From Balanoglossus misakiensis (Eukaryota > Animalia > Hemichordata), in the NCBI GenBank assembly GCA_040954595.2, contig CM082579.2, positions 15,476,550-15,540,549 on the forward strand: a stretch of 64,000 nt of DNA, given 5' to 3'. Positions 1 through 15,000 of the stretch are shown here, piece after piece; positions within the stretch are counted from its first letter, which is position 1, and each line of letters starts with the position of its first letter. Both the position numbers and the translations under genes were made by a program. Below the pieces are notes generated by a model. The model had not been told where the DNA came from and searched no databases. It saw only the letters and a program-made list of their open reading frames with translations.

Positions 1-459
1 GACTGTGTGCCAATGACGGGATAGCCTACTCAGCGTTGGGTAGATCCTAAGAAGGCCTCAGCCAGGCATCAAATACAAAAAGCAGAAATCCAAGCTTTAA
101 TGGTGGGTTACATCGTTAACTTCCCTGCAGAGCTGATTTCTCAGACTGTGAGCCAATGACAGGTAAAGCCCCTAGGTAGGGGCCACCTAAGACAGGCTGG
201 TCATGCTTTAATCACAAAGAAGGGCAAGTTCAGTCTTACCACAACTTTGTCTGCTGTATATGCTTCATAAAGATTGCAGAGTATTTTGAGAATACATTGT
301 GTTAAGGCAGTGTGACCAGCTAAAAAGTACTGGCAAACACAGCCAATGTGTAATGAAAAACATCTAATTTGGCTGAATAAAAGACATAAAACACAGCAAA
401 AGCACTGTGACTAGCTGAGACATAATACTCCATTATGCAGTTCCATCACTCCAAGTGTC

Positions 460-820
460 AAGGATGTATCTGTGCCGGATGCCAAGATATAGGAATGTAG
501 GTCAAAGTTTACCCAAGATCACCCAACATTTTGTCATAAGATTTTGACCCCAAAGTTGTCCATGTCCAGGTTTCTACCGCAACTGGATAGCCTAGAATTA
601 GATATGTACATATTTAATGAGGTTACCATGGATCAAGGCAGTCCTAAGTAAACCATCAAATTTTTAGTTTCATGTTAATTCATGTTAATATAAAACGCTG
701 TATCTCTAACCCACTGGTATGCCATTCTGTGTTTCATGCTACCCAATATGGGTAAGTAGGTAAAAAGTCACCCTAGGCCATTTGAAATTTTCCTGAAAAA
801 ATCTCGTCTCTTACATATGT
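460..820 (-). repeat. Degraded fragment of the HINE/Helentron-like family found at 18620-23340
   Basis: gtaggtcaaagtttacccaagatcacccaacattttg...gaccccaaagttgtccatgtcc resembles the reverse complement of the internal unit ggacatggaccactatgggtcaaaa...gggtgacctc..gacctttgacctac. Boundaries are approximate. Confidence 0.45.
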
Positions 821-3159
821 ACATTTGGTAAAAGGGAAATTTTAATCACGGAGTAGAACATATTCATAAAAAATATTTGAGGGAAAGAAGGAAGTTTTTC
901 ATAGCTTTGGTGCTTCAAATAGTAGAGAGGTTCCCTTGTTATCCTTAGACTCAAACTCAGAGTTTCCAATCTTTCAGTATTTTCATGATATTACTTTCCA
1001 TCTTAGATTTGTTCATCTAAACAAACTGACTGATAGGTATACATGAACATTTTATTGACTAATGAATGTGCCTGTATGTTGCCATTTAAAAAAGTCAGAT
1101 ATTAAACGAGCGCCACACCTGTTTTAATCAGCCTCCATATGGAGGGTACACATCGCAGAGAGATGACAAACCCCATGCAAATTCAAGTAATATGGCTCAA
1201 TGTTGCTGATTTTAAAGGATAGGTGGATGATTTGAAAAATGTTATTGTGGAAAAAGATGTGTAAAATTTGGCAGCTTGTGAGGCTTTAATTGTAAAATCT
1301 TTGAAATGTGTTTTACTCTTTAGGTCCAATTTCGTATATGTCAATATACCATTGGGACCAATGTGAAATTGTTCTAAACTCAGAAACTCAAGAAGGTACT
1401 GGTCAGATTGCTTTAGAAATTGGTGTGTATTTATGTTATTGAGACTTTATACAGATTTTGTTTTTCATTTTTGAAGTATATTTTTGGGGTGATTTTGGTC
1501 GTCATATACTCAGAAACCTCTACCCACATTTTTTTTAAAATTTGGTTTGCATGTTCTTAGGTGTGATTTTATGACAATTTAACAAACCCAGTGATGGAAG
1601 TGACAATATTGTTTTTTTTTTTTTGGCAATTTCTGCCATTTTTGTCTGATTGCTTTGCAATTTAGTTTGCAGTTTCTAGGGAATTCTTACTGTGGTGCAC
1701 AAAATTCACAAAGGTGATTTACTATCCTCATGCGCTTTGTTGAACTGGCACCCTGTTGCAAAACAGACATTACAACACTCTTTGAATTGAATTCATAGCT
1801 ACCAATTTTTCGGGGGTGTAGCACCTTTTTTATGCCTAAAACTTTGATCGAGAACTTCAAATTAAATGCAACCCTCCAAATATTTGCAATATTTCAGGTA
1901 AAATGATATAATTTTAAAGCATAAATTTTGATGTATTCATAATCATTAAGAGAAACACATTTTGAAAATAGAATATTAATCACACTAGCAGTTATAATAC
2001 TTTTGAATCATCACTAAAGAACATATAGAAAAATTAAACAGGTTTTAATTTTTTATATTTGAACGCAAAGCGTAAATTCCCTTGTGCCATGGAATTGACA
2101 ATCTGCAACTGGTGGGGTCCTTCTGCCAGTAAAAAGCATCAGATAAATTCTGCATGCTCATCACCGAGGCAATTTAGGTGTACTTTTGTACTTTGAGAAC
2201 TGTCGGTTTTCGCAACTGAAACTCTGTTCACAGGACAGAGGAAAAACTAGAATGACAACAGCTATGTAAGGTAACAAAAGGAACACAGAGCATAGTTCTC
2301 CATACTCACATTTTAATGCAATAATTTTTGCTGAAACTGGGGCGTCCGTGGGCAGGCAAAGGCAGTTCTAACTCGACTTGCAAATAAGGCCCATGTCTCT
2401 TGTTCACTGAGATTGTCTGGTTGTAATAATAGCTGTAAGAACTTGATCATTGACCGAACTGTTGGTTCAATTTTGCAACAATTTATGATTTCAAGCTGTG
2501 CAATATTTGCAACTCAGTTTCAACTTTGGTTGGAGGGATGATGATGAAGCCATTTCACTGACAAAATAGCGCTACTGACTGATGTCAATGTTTGTTTACA
2601 GTCAAATGCATTGCCATCATAAAAATACATGTGAGAAATTTCTTATGTGTATGATACACACTTTTGTGCATGACTGCAAACTCTGTTACAGTTGTGAAAT
2701 TCTATGGGTTGAATTCATTGGGTAGAATTCATGTTTTTTGGATTCTTAAACAACCAGTCACGAAAGCTAAGTGGTTACCTCAGAGAAACTGTGTTAAATT
2801 TGGTCATCAATTGCTTTAAATCACACAAGACATTCCCAGAGCTAAAGTTACTGCAGCAGTCAGTTTCAACTCAGCTTGCAAATTGGGATCATGTCTTGTG
2901 TTCATCGAGACTGTCTGTAGTTGAGTTGACAGTCCTATGGGGTCAATGATGAACCTACAAATGTTCTTTCCAATGAAATTGTTATAAATCTAATATTCAG
3001 GATTTGCATTCATACCTTAAACAATATAACTGTATTGCAAATATGGCAACTCTTCTAAGTTACATTGGAACACCTTCTCGCCACTGTTTGTGCCAAAATG
3101 GTGAATAAGCTTTCATTTTCAAGCCTTAACATAGGCACCCAAAACAAGACAACAGCATT

Positions 3160-3845
3160 GCAAATATGGCATTTTTTGTTCAACTCTTCTCATTTGCATA
3201 GTCCAAAATGGCCGCCAAACTCCTCTAACATGTAAATTTCCTATGGTCGTCTTAAAAAGCGTGTAGTATCGCATTTGAAGGGTTTTCATCAACATAGGTA
3301 CCTAAAACAATTTCAACGTGGTTGACATTGCAATGTTAGACAGCTGTTCTAATTTGCATAATCTAGAATGGCCGACAAACTTCTCTAACATGTAAATTTA
3401 CTATGGTTGTCTTTAATAGAGTGTAATATCGCATTTGCAGGGTTTTCATCAATATGGGTACCTAAAACAATTTCAACGTCGTTGACATGGCAATATTAGA
3501 CAGCTGTTCTAATTTGCATAATCCAAAATGGCCACCAAACTCTTCTTAAATGTAAATTTCCCTGTTTTGTCTTATATGGTGCCTAAAATCGCATTTGCAG
3601 GGTTTTCATCAATATGGGTAACTAAAACAATTTCAGCGTGGTTGACATGGCAATATTAGACAACTGTTCTAATTTGCATAATCCAAAATGGCCGACAAAC
3701 TTCTCTATTATGTAAGTTTCCCTGGTTTGTCTTATATGGTGTGTAATATCGCATTTTCACGGTTTTAATTAATATGGGTACCTAAAACAATTTCAACGTG
3801 GTTGACATGGCAATATTAGACAACTGTTATAATTTGCATAATTCG
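3160..3845. repeat. Tandem repeat, 160-bp unit, about 4.2 copies
   Basis: atttgcata recurs at 3192, 3352, 3512, 3672 and 3832 with conserved flanks (ccaaaatggcc, gggttttcatcaa, cctaaaacaatttcaacgt). Confidence 0.9.
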
Positions 3846-4450
3846 AACACCTGCTGGATAATTTAATTTTTGCCCTTCTTGTCCCATGATTATATGTGTA
3901 ATATCTCATTTTCAATGTGTTTACATGTATATATGCAGAATCCATTTCAAACTAAGTGGGCATATTGTAGCGCCAATCTTATTTCTTAATCCGCACCACA
4001 GAACTGATGCAAGGTTTAGGACTGGAAATGTATGTGGCCACTGGCCGACACCCCGGGCGAGAGGTCTCCAATTATTTTCAGCACGTAGTGTGCTTCCCGG
4101 TTGATAACATCAATATGTGTAAATGCCAAAAACCCGACCTATTGTAATACCAGTCAAATTTTCTTTGTCATTTACCATTTTTCTCTTGCATATGAAGGTT
4201 TTTCTTAAAGAGTACATACCCATATACATTTGTATGGGAGCACACACCCCACCCCCTGCCAACAATAATTGGACAACTTTATTCTTCTTATACTTCTTTT
4301 TAGTCTAAACATTCATATAGAGAAGGCAACATGTTCTTGAAGCTGCTGAATATGGAAATATGATGAAGTACATTTTCCTAGTTGTACATGTACAGTATGA
4401 TAGGCCCAATGTACCAATTGGAGATGTGTGCCTTACAGGCAACATACATG

Positions 4451-7400
4451 TAGCTCTGCATGGCCTGGTTAATCAATGTTGACGCAAAGGTTGACCCCAC
4501 CAAACACTCAAAATTAATGGGCACGACACTGGCCACTAGCTCTGCATGGCCTGGTTAATCAATGTTGACGCAAAGGTTGACCCCACCAAACACTCAAAAT
4601 TAATGGGCACGACACTGGCCACTAGCTCTGCATGGCCTGGTTAATCAATGTTGACGCAAAGGTTGACCCCACCAAACACTCAAAATTAATGGGCACGACA
4701 CTGGCCGCTAGCTCTGCATGGCCTGGTTAATCAATGTTGACGCAAAGGTTGACCCCACCAAACACTCAAAATTGATGGGCACGACACTGGCCGCTAGCTC
4801 TGCATGGCCTGGTTAATCAATGTTGACGCAAAGGTTGACCCCACCAAACACTCAAAATTGATGGGCACGACACTGGCCGCTAGCTCTGCATGGCCTGGAA
4901 ATCAATGTTGACGCAAAGGTTGACCCCACCAAACACTCAAAATTGATGGGCACGACACTGGCCGCTAGCTCTGCATGGCCTGGTTAATCAATGTTGACGC
5001 AAAGGTTGACCCCACCAAACACTCAAAATTAATGGGCACGACACTGGCCGCTAGCTCTGCATGGCCTGGTTAATCAATGTTGACGCAAAGGTTGACCCCA
5101 CCAAACACTCAAAATTAATGGGCACGACACTGGCCACTAGCTCTGCATGGCCTGGTTAATCAATGTTGACGCAAAGGTTGACCCCACCAAACACTCAAAA
5201 TTAATGGGCACGACACTGGCCACTAGCTCTGCATGGCCTGGTTAATCAATGTTGACGCAAAGGTTGACCCCACCAAACACTCAAAATTAATGGGCACGAC
5301 ACTGGCCGCTAGCTCTGCATGGCCTGGTTAATCAATGTTGACGCAAAGGTTGACCCCACCAAACACTCAAAATTGATGGGCACGACACTGGCCGCTAGCT
5401 CTGCATGGCCTGGTTAATCAATGTTGACGCAAAGGTTGACCCCACCAAACACTCAAAATTGATGGGCACGACACTGGCCGCTAGCTCTGCATGGCCTGGA
5501 AATCAATGTTGACGCAAAGGTTGACCCCACCAAACACTCAAAATTGATGGGCACGACACTGGCCACTAGCTCTGCATGGCCTGGAAATCAATGTTGACGC
5601 AAAGGTTGACCCCACCAAACACTCAAAATTGATGGGCACGACACTGGCCACTAGCTCTGCATGGCCTGGCTAATCAATGTTGACGCAAAGGTTGACCCCA
5701 CCAAACACTCAAAATTGATGGGCACGACACTGGCCACTAGCTCTGCATGGCCTGGCTAATCAATGTTGACGCAAAGGTTGACCCCACCAAACACTCAAAA
5801 TTGATGGGCACGACACTGGCCACTAGCTCTGCATGGCCTGGATAATCAATGTTGACGCAAAGGTTGACCCCACCAAACACTCAAAATTGATGGGCACGAC
5901 ACTGGCCACTAGCTCTGCATGGCCTGGTTAATCAATGTTGACGCAAAGGTTGACCCCACCAAACACTCAAAATTGATGGGCACGACACTGGCCACTAGCT
6001 CTGCATGGCCTGGTTAATCAATGTTGACGCAAAGGTTGACCCCACCAAACACTCAAAATTGATGGGCACGACACTGGCCACTAGCTCTGCATGGCCTGGT
6101 TAATCAATGTTGACGCAAAGGTTGACCCCACCAAACACTCAAAATTGATGGGCACGACACTGGCCACTAGCTCTGCATGGCCTGGTTAATCAATGTTGAC
6201 GCAAAGGTTGACCCCACCAAACACTCAAAATTGATGGGCACGACACTGGCCACTAGCTCTGCATGGCCTGGTTAATCAATGTTGACGCAAAGGTTGACCC
6301 CACCAAACACTCAAAATTGATGGGCACGACACTGGCCACTAGCTCTGCATGGCCTGGTTAATCAATGTTGACGCAAAGGTTGACCCCACCAAACACTCAA
6401 AATTGATGGGCACGACACTGGCCACTACCTCTGCATGGCCTGGTTAATCAATGTTGACGCAAAGGTTGACCCCACCAAACACTCAAAATTGATGGGCACG
6501 ACACTGGCCACTACCTCTGCATGGCCTGGTTAATCAATGTTGACGCAAAGGTTGACCCCACCAAACACTCAAAATTGATGGGCACGACACTGGCCACTAG
6601 CTCTGCATGGCCTGGTTAATCAATGTTGACGCAAAGGTTGACCCCACCAAACACTCAAAATTGATGGGCACGACACTGGCCACTAGCTCTGCATGGCCTG
6701 GTTAATCAATGTTGACGCAAAGGTTGACCCCACCAAACACTCAAAATTGATGGGCACGACACTGGCCACTAGCTCTGCATGGCCTGGTTAATCAGGGTTG
6801 ACGCAAAGGTTGACCCCACCAAACACTCAAAATTGATGGGCACGACACTGGCCACTAGCTCTGCATGGCCTGGCTAATCAAGGTTGACGCAAAGGTTGAC
6901 CCCACCAAACACTCAAAATTGATGGGCACGACACTGGCCACTAGCTCTGCATGGCCTGGTTAATCAATGTTGACGCAAAGAATGACCCCACCAAACACTC
7001 AAAATTGATGGGCACGACACTGGCCACTAGCTCTGCATGGCCTGGTTAATCAATGTTGACGCAAAGGTTGACCCCACCAAACACTCAAAATTGATGGGCA
7101 CGACACTGGCCACTAGCTCTGCATGGCCTGGTTAATCAATGTTGACGCAAAGGTTGACCCCACCAAACACTCAAAATTGATGGGCACGACACTGGCCACT
7201 AGCTCTGCATGGCCTGGTTAATCAATGTTGACGCAAAGGTTGACCCCACCAAACACTCAAAATTGATGGGCACGACACTGGCCACTAGCTCTGCATGGCC
7301 TGGTTAATCAATGTTGACGCAAAGGTTGACCCCACCAAACACTCAAAATTAATGGGCACGACACTGGCCACAAGCTCTGGGCTGGCTAATCAATGTTGAC

Positions 7401-10400
7401 GCAAAGGTTGACCCCACCAAACACTCAAAATTAATGGGCACGACACTGGCCACTAGCTCTGGGCTGGCTAATCAATGTTGACGCAAAGGTTGACCCCACC
7501 AAACACTCAAAATTAATGGGCACGACACTGGCCACTAGCTCTGCATGGCCTAGCTAATTAAGGTTGACGCAAAGGTTGACCCCACCAAACACTCAAAATT
7601 GATGGGCACGACACTGGCCACTAGTTCTGCATGGCCTGGCTAATCAAGGTTGACGCAAAGGTTGACCCCACCAAACACTCAAAATTGATGGGCACGACAC
7701 TGGCCACTAGCTCTGCATGGCCTGGCTAATCAAGGTTGACGCAAAGGTTGACCCAACAAAAACACTCAAAATTGATGGGCACGACACTGGCCACTAGCTC
7801 TACATGGCCTGGCTAATCAAGGTTGACGCAAAGGTTGACTCCACCAAACACTCAAAATTGATGGGCACGACACTGGCCACTAGCTCTGCATGGCCTGGCT
7901 AATCAAGGCCTGGCTAATCAAGGTTGACGCAAAGGTTGACCCCACCAAACACTCAAAATTGATGGGCACGACACTGGCCACTAGCTCTGGCCTGGCTAAT
8001 CAAGGTTGACGGAAAGGTTGACCCCACCAAACACTCAAAATTGATGGGCACGACACTGGCCACTAAGCTCTGCATGGCCTGGCTAATCAAGGTTGACGCA
8101 AAGGTTGACCCCACAAAAACACTCAAAATTGATGGGCACGACACTGGCCACTAGCTCTGCATGGCCTGGCTAATCAAGGTTGACGCAAAGATTGACCCCA
8201 CCAAACACTCAAAATTGATGGGCACGACACTGGCCACTAGCTCTGCATGGCCTGGCTAATCAAGGCCTGGCTAATCAAGGTTGATGCAAAGGTTGACCCC
8301 ACCAAACACTCAAAATTGATGGGCACGACACTGGCCACTAGCTCTGGCCTGGCTAATCAAGGTTGACGCAAAGGTTGACCCCACCAAACACTCAAAATTG
8401 ATGGGCACGACACTGGCCACTAGCTCTGCATGGCCTGGCTAATCAAGGTTGACGCAAAGGTTGACTCCACCAAACACTCAAAATTAATGGGCGCGACACT
8501 GGCCACTAAGCTCTGGCATGGCTAATCAATGTTGACGCAAGGGTTGACCCCACCAAACACTCAAAATTGATGGGCGCGACACTGGCCACTAGCTCTGGCC
8601 TGGCTAATCAAGGTTGACGCAAGGGTTGACCCCACCAAACACTCAAAATTAATGGGCGCGACACTGGCCACTAGATCTGGCCTGGCTAATCAAGGTTGAC
8701 GCAAGGGTTGACCCCACCAAACACTCAAATTTAATGGGCGCGACACTGGCCACTAGCTCTGGCCTGGCTAATCAATGTTGACGCAAGGGTTGACCCCACC
8801 AAACACTCAAAATTGATGGGCACGACACTGGCCACTAGCTCTGGCCTGGCTAATCAATGTTGACGCAAGGGTTGACCCCAGCAAACACTCAAAATTGATG
8901 GGCACGACACTGGCCACTAGCTCTGGCCTGGCTAATCAAGGTTGACGCAAGGGTTGACCCCAGCAAACACTCAAAATTAATACGCGCGACACTGGCCACT
9001 AAGCTCTGGCCTGGCTAATCAATGTTGACGCAAGGGTTGACACCACCAAACACTCATAATTGATGGGCACGACACTGGCCACTAGCTCTGGCTGGCTAAT
9101 CAAGGTTGACGCAAGGGTTGACCCCACCAAACACTCAAAATTGATGGGAACGACACTGGCCACTAACCTCTGGCCTGGCTAATCAATGTTGACGCAAAGG
9201 TTGACCCCACCAAACACTCAAAATTGATGGGCACGACACTGGCCACTAGCTCTGGCCTGGCTAATCAATGTTGACGCAAGGGTTGACCCCACCAAACAGT
9301 CAAAATTGATGGGCACGACACTGGCCACTAGCTCTGGCCTGGCTAATCAATGTTGACGCAAATGTTGACCCCACCAAACACTCAAAATTGATGGGCACGA
9401 CACTGGCCACTAGCTCTGGCCTGGCTAATCAATGTTGACGCAAGGGTTGACCCCACCAAACACTCAAAATTGATGGGCATGACACTGGCCACTAGCTCTG
9501 GCCTGGCTAATCAATGTTGACGCAAGGGTTGACCCCACCAAACACTCAAAATTGATGGGCACGACACTGGCCACTAGCTCTGGGCTGGCTAATCAATGTT
9601 GACGCAAAGGTTGACCCCACCAAACACTCAAAATTAATGGGCACGACACTGGCCACTAGCTCTGGGCTGGCTAATCAATGTTGACGCAAAGGTTGATCCC
9701 ACCAAACACTCAAAATTAATGGGCACGACACTGGCCACTAGCTCTGCATGGCCTGGCTAATCAATGTTGACGCAAATGTTGACCCCACCAAACACTCAAA
9801 ATTGATGGGCACGACACTGGCCACTAGCTCTGCATGGCCTGGCTAATCAATGTTGACGCAAATGTTGACCCCACCAAACACTCAAAATTGATGGGCACGA
9901 CACTGGCCACTAGCTCTGCATGGCCTGGCTAATCAATGTTGACGCAAAGGTTGACCCCACCAAACACTCAAAATTGATGGGCACGACACTGGCCACTAGC
10001 TCTGCATGGCCTGGTTAATCAATGTTGACGCAAAGGTTGACCCCACCAAACACTCAAAATTGATGGGCACGACACTGGCCACTAGCTCTGCATGGCCTGG
10101 TTAATCAATGTTGACGCAGAGGTTGACGCCACCAAACACTCAAAATTAATGGGCACGACACTGGCCACTAGCTCTGCATGGCCTGGTTAATCAATGTTGA
10201 CGCAAAGGTCGACGCCACCAAACACTCAAAATTAATAGGCACGACACTGGCCACTAGCTCTGCATGGCCTGGTTAATCAATGTTGACGCAAAGGTCGACC
10301 CCACCAAACACTCAAAATTAATGGGCACGACACTGGCCACTAGCTCTGCATGGCCTGGTTAATCAATGTTGACGCAAAGGTTGACCCCACCAAACACTCA

Positions 10401-11016
10401 AAATTGATGGGCACGACACTGGCCACTAGCTCTGGCCTGGCTAATCAATGTTGACGCAAGGGTTGACCCCACCAAACACTCAAAATTGATGGGCACGACA
10501 CTGGCCACTAGCTCTGGCCTGGCTAATCAATGTTGACGCAAGGGTTGACCCCACCAAACACTCAAAATTGATGGGCACGACACTGGCCACTAGCTCTGGC
10601 CTGGCTAATCAATGTTGACGCAAGGGTTGACCCCACCAAACACTCAAAATTGATGGGCACGACACTGGCCACTAGCTCTGGGCTGGCTAATCAATGTTGA
10701 CGCAAAGGTTGACCCCACCAAACACTCAAAATTAATGGGCACGACACTGGCCACTAGCTCTGGGCTGGCTAATCAATGTTGACGCAAAGGTTGACCCCAC
10801 CAAACACTCAAAATTAATGGGCACGACACTGGCCACTAGCTCTGCCTGGCCTGGCTAATCAATGTTGACGCAAAGGTTGACCCCACCAAACACTCAAAAT
10901 TGATGGGCACGACACTGGCCACTAGCTCTGCATGGCCTGGCTAATCAATGTTGACGCAAATGTTGACCCCACCAAACACTCAAAATTGATTGGCACGACA
11001 CTGACCACTAGCTCTG
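4451..11016. repeat. Satellite array, 86-bp unit (82-87 bp variants), about 77 copies
   Basis: The unit tagctctgcatggcctggttaatcaatgttgacgcaaaggttgaccccaccaaacactcaaaattgatgggcacgacactggccac repeats head-to-tail (starts 4451, 4537, ...). A 4-bp-shorter variant dominates about 8500-9700 and 10430-10800. Confidence 0.98.
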
Positions 11017-11057
11017 CACTACAGCCCAGTGTGCGCCATCTTTGTCCGATATTTCCG
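11017..11057 (+). repeat. Left terminal inverted repeat (imperfect, about 40 bp)
   Basis: Begins CACT and shares the blocks GCCCAG, TGTG, TTTGTCCG and TTCCG with the reverse complement of 16543-16582. Confidence 0.8.
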
Positions 11058-12051
11058 TCCCTACTTTCATGGCCTCATGAATAATGTATGAGGCGATTTG
11101 TTACCGGCAATGGAACGTTCGCCAGTTACAACAACATGAAAATGCCGGTAAGTATTACAAGACATTAAACGCATTTATAATGTTTACATCACGTTATCAT
11201 ATTCTTTAAGGTCTTAAGCTAGTATTGTCATCATTCTCTGATTTCTATTCATTTAATTTCACTGAAAATCTGACCTGGTTTCAAATCGCTATCATTGGTA
11301 ACTATGTAAACAAAGAACATAGCAACCACAACCAAGACAGAAAAACGGCCGAAAAAATCAAATCTTAATGCATTATTCAAAATTTCAAAACCATGAGAGT
11401 GTTCCTAAGACGTTTGTAACTCAGTGTTTTGATTTTCTATCCCCAAAAAGGTCATATGTAGAAATTGATCCAAGCAGAAATTCATCGAGTTTGGCGCGTT
11501 CTGCCTGCGCGTCGCTCTACCATTGATTACAATGGCACAGCTACGCAAATGTCGACCGTCAGGCAAAACATATCGGCAGATTTCTCGAGTTTGAAGCGTG
11601 AACCTAAAAAACCAAAACGAGCAGATTGTTCCTTGATATCTATATAACATGTTGATATATCATTTTCGTTCTAAAATGTAAGAGTAAATATTTTGAACGA
11701 GAGAGTTCTTGCGACAGCGCTTTGAACGCCGCGCGCGTACAGCGTTTAGGCAAAGCAGACGCACACAGAAGGAACTGCGTCCACGCGCAATATACGTAGA
11801 TTGCAGCTGATTATACTCAATCAATGTTCCGGTACTTGCAACAGTATGCCAGTACTTCGCAAAATACACAGTCTTTTATATCATCAGGTCTTCTGTAGCG
11901 TCATTAAATACTGTCTGTTTGGAACTGTTTGACTGAAACAGCTTTCTAGATGACCTTTTATGTTTTCTACAACTTTTCACATTTATTCACATTTAGGAAA
12001 TGCTCCATTGTGTAACTCCATCCCAGCTGTGCTCTGGATATAACTCAAATC

Positions 12052-15000
12052 ATGCCTAACAGGAAAAGGACAAACCATTTTGACATCGGGCAGTATGCAG
12101 TCCAACAAAAAAAAGCCAGAGAAATAGCTAGAGACATACAACTTCAACAGCTGTTAGATGCTGAGTTAGCTGCAAAGACACTGCCAGAAAAGGTTAAGAG
12201 CAAGTCAGAGAATAGATACAAGCTAGGGGCATGGGCAAGAGAGAGAAAGCGTAGACGTGAGGAAGAGGTAGCTCAGTACAGAGAGAAAATGCAGAAATTA
12301 GATGCAAAGAGGAGACTAGTCGACAGGGCCAGTAAGCAACTAAACAGGCTAGCAAAGAAGCAAAGGAGATTAGCTGGAAATAGGGTTAAGCTTAATCAGG
12401 AGGTAAGGTAATTATATAGAAGGAATTTAGCTTCATTTCAGATTTTCACAAGATTTATGATTACAAGCAGAATAGGAAAATATCCACCAAATTAAAGTTT
12501 GTATACTTTAAATTATATTACAACTAAGTGAATCATAAAATATTTTGACCTTGCTTTAATGTATATGATATGATTTTATGTGTGTTTGTTTTCTAAATTC
12601 TGAACTACAGCTTTGAAACACCTCCCTGCTTGACCTTGGCATAACACTGGGGTTTCCATTTATGCATATTGCTTGCTCATGTGACATTGCCTCTCTGTTT
12701 GACCTTGGCATGACACTGGGATTTCCATTCATGTGTATTGCTTGATCATGTGATATTCTCTCTCTGTTTGACCTTGGCATGACACTGGGGTTTCCATTCA
12801 TGTGTATTGCTTGCTCATGTGACATGGCCTCCATGTTGACCTTGGCATGACACGTGGGTTTCCATTTATGTGTATTGCTTGCTCATGTGACATGGCCTCC
12901 ATGTTTGACCTTGGCATGACACTGGGGTTTCCATTTATGTGTATTGCTTGCTCATGTGACATGGCCTCCATGTTTGACCTTGGCATGAAACTGGGATTTC
13001 CATTCATGTGTATTGCTTGATCATGTGATATTCTCTCTCTGTTTGACCTTGGCATGACACTGGGGTTTCCATTCATGTGTATTGCTTGCTCATGTGACAT
13101 GGCCTCCATGTTTGACCTTGGCATGACACTGGGGTTTCCATTCATGTGTATTGCTTGCTCATGTGACATTGCCTACCTGTTTGACCTTGGCATGACAATG
13201 AAAATCTGTTTTGTATTCATTTATTAAAGATTGCAGATTTGACATCCCCAAAGAAACAGAAGTGGGTTCATAAAAGCAGCCAGGTTTGTGCTAATAACAG
13301 TGAATGCCTCACACTGTCCAGAAGTCAGCAACATGAACGCAGAAGTCAGACTCTTCATGCAGCTACAGTCATACACCAGTCATCATCAGGAACAGATATA
13401 TCTGCAGGGAGACATGTCAGTGCAAATCCACCAAAATCAGCTCTTGATGGGCTATGGTATACTTTGATCAACAGTGCCACTCCACGTCAAATGGAAAAGT
13501 ACCTTCAATCATCAATGAAAATAAATGAATTGGTCATACCAACTTTGATAAAGAAATCAATATCTGAATTTGAGAAAAGTGAAGGTAATTTGACTAGGAG
13601 TGTGCAAGTGTTGTATCAGAATGGGGTTTTGTCAAAACGCAAATACAATGCCTTACGTAATAGTGAGTTGAATCTGTCTAAATTAAAACAACCTAGAAAA
13701 GTGTTGCAATTTCACTTTAGGTGTAACATACCAAGGTTACTTTCCTACAACAAGGTCACTGAATATACACGTGGTTTAGATATAGGAAGTCTTGAACCAA
13801 TTGTAACAGATGCAAACAAAGTAGTGGGTATGAAGCGAAATACAGAGCAGATGCTCTTTAAAGTTGCTGACATGTATCTTTGCTTGAGTGAGCACCACCC
13901 TAACATCCTAAATTGGTTTGGCAAACCGAAGGGCACTTTCCAACTTGCTGTTGGTGCTGATGGGGCTCCTTTTGGAAAATATGGTCAGGCAACTTCCTGG
14001 CTTGTCAGTTTCATCAATGTGGGCCACAGATTAGCAAGCCCTGATGATAATTTCTTGTTGCTAGGGGCTAATCTGAAGGAAGATGACCCAGTCCTGATAG
14101 ATTATGCTAAAAACCTAGCCAAAGAGTTTGAGATCATAGAGGCCAAACAATACACTTTACATGGCCTGAGTGTAAAGTTTAATGTATCTTTGCTGCCATT
14201 TGATCAAAAGGGATTAGCCTCAGTTTCTGGTGAGTTATCTAATGCTGCTGAGTATTTCAGTTCCTTTGCTGATGTAACAAAAGGTAGCATAGATGAAATA
14301 GGGGCAGATATAGGGCCAGGGAAATTTTGGTCAGAGTGGAGCTATAAGCAGTGGCCAAATTCAAAGCAAATTTGACAAAGAAAACAGGTAAGCCTGAAAC
14401 ATCGACAGATCGCTCTAAGGTCACACGTTTCATTGCCTCCAGAAAATCCCGACAGGAATATATTCCACCCCTGGGTAAGTATATACAGTGTGCCAAGATA
14501 GAACCCCTACATCTAAAAAACAATGCCTGGCAGTATTTCTTTCAAAGGCTTCTTACTGATGCTGTGGCTAAGACTGACCAAAAAGTCATTGACCATGGTG
14601 TGAAATTAGAAAAGCTACCACCAAATTCATGCCTGTACAAATTCCTGCATACACTAAAATATACAGTGAGAGCAGGGAAACTATACAATCAAATTGTCAA
14701 ATATTTTGCTGAGAATAAGGTTAGTACCCATGCCCAATCAGTGAGAGTTCACCGCTTTACAGGGGAAGAATCAAGGAAGTTGGCATGGTCTTTTATGTCA
14801 CTGATAGAGTGTTTTAGGGAACCCGGTATCAGTGCACAGGTGAGAGCGAAATTGTCCCTGTATGGTTACATTGGTGTCCTACTCAGAGATATAACATCTC
14901 TCTGTTCCAGGTTTACCCTACATGAGAGAGATATTGTAGTACTAAGGCAGAAGTGCAAATGGTACTTCAATTTGCATGCGTTATTTCTGACCGTAAACAA

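Noticed and set aside
2310-2955. Possible minus-strand host exons
   Set aside because: The two candidate segments are diverged copies of each other (QTISVNKRHGPYLQVELEL vs QTVSMNTRHDPNLQAELKL) and one has an in-frame stop, so an old repeat is more likely.
4451-4460. Satellite unit start TAGCTCTGC matches the MITE terminus TAGCTCTGCG
   Set aside because: It is a 9-bp match only, with no further similarity or palindromic structure.
4451-11016. CRISPR array or repeat-protein gene (ORF 7953-8144)
   Set aside because: Units are contiguous with no unique spacers, no cas genes are present, and the context is eukaryotic. An 86-bp unit is not a multiple of 3 and the frames contain stops.
12556-13169. 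Minus-strand ORFs with 23-aa repeats (SHEQAIHMNGNPSVMPRSN)
   Set aside because: They are a by-product of a 69-bp minisatellite inside the transposase intron, and are frameshifted mid-array.
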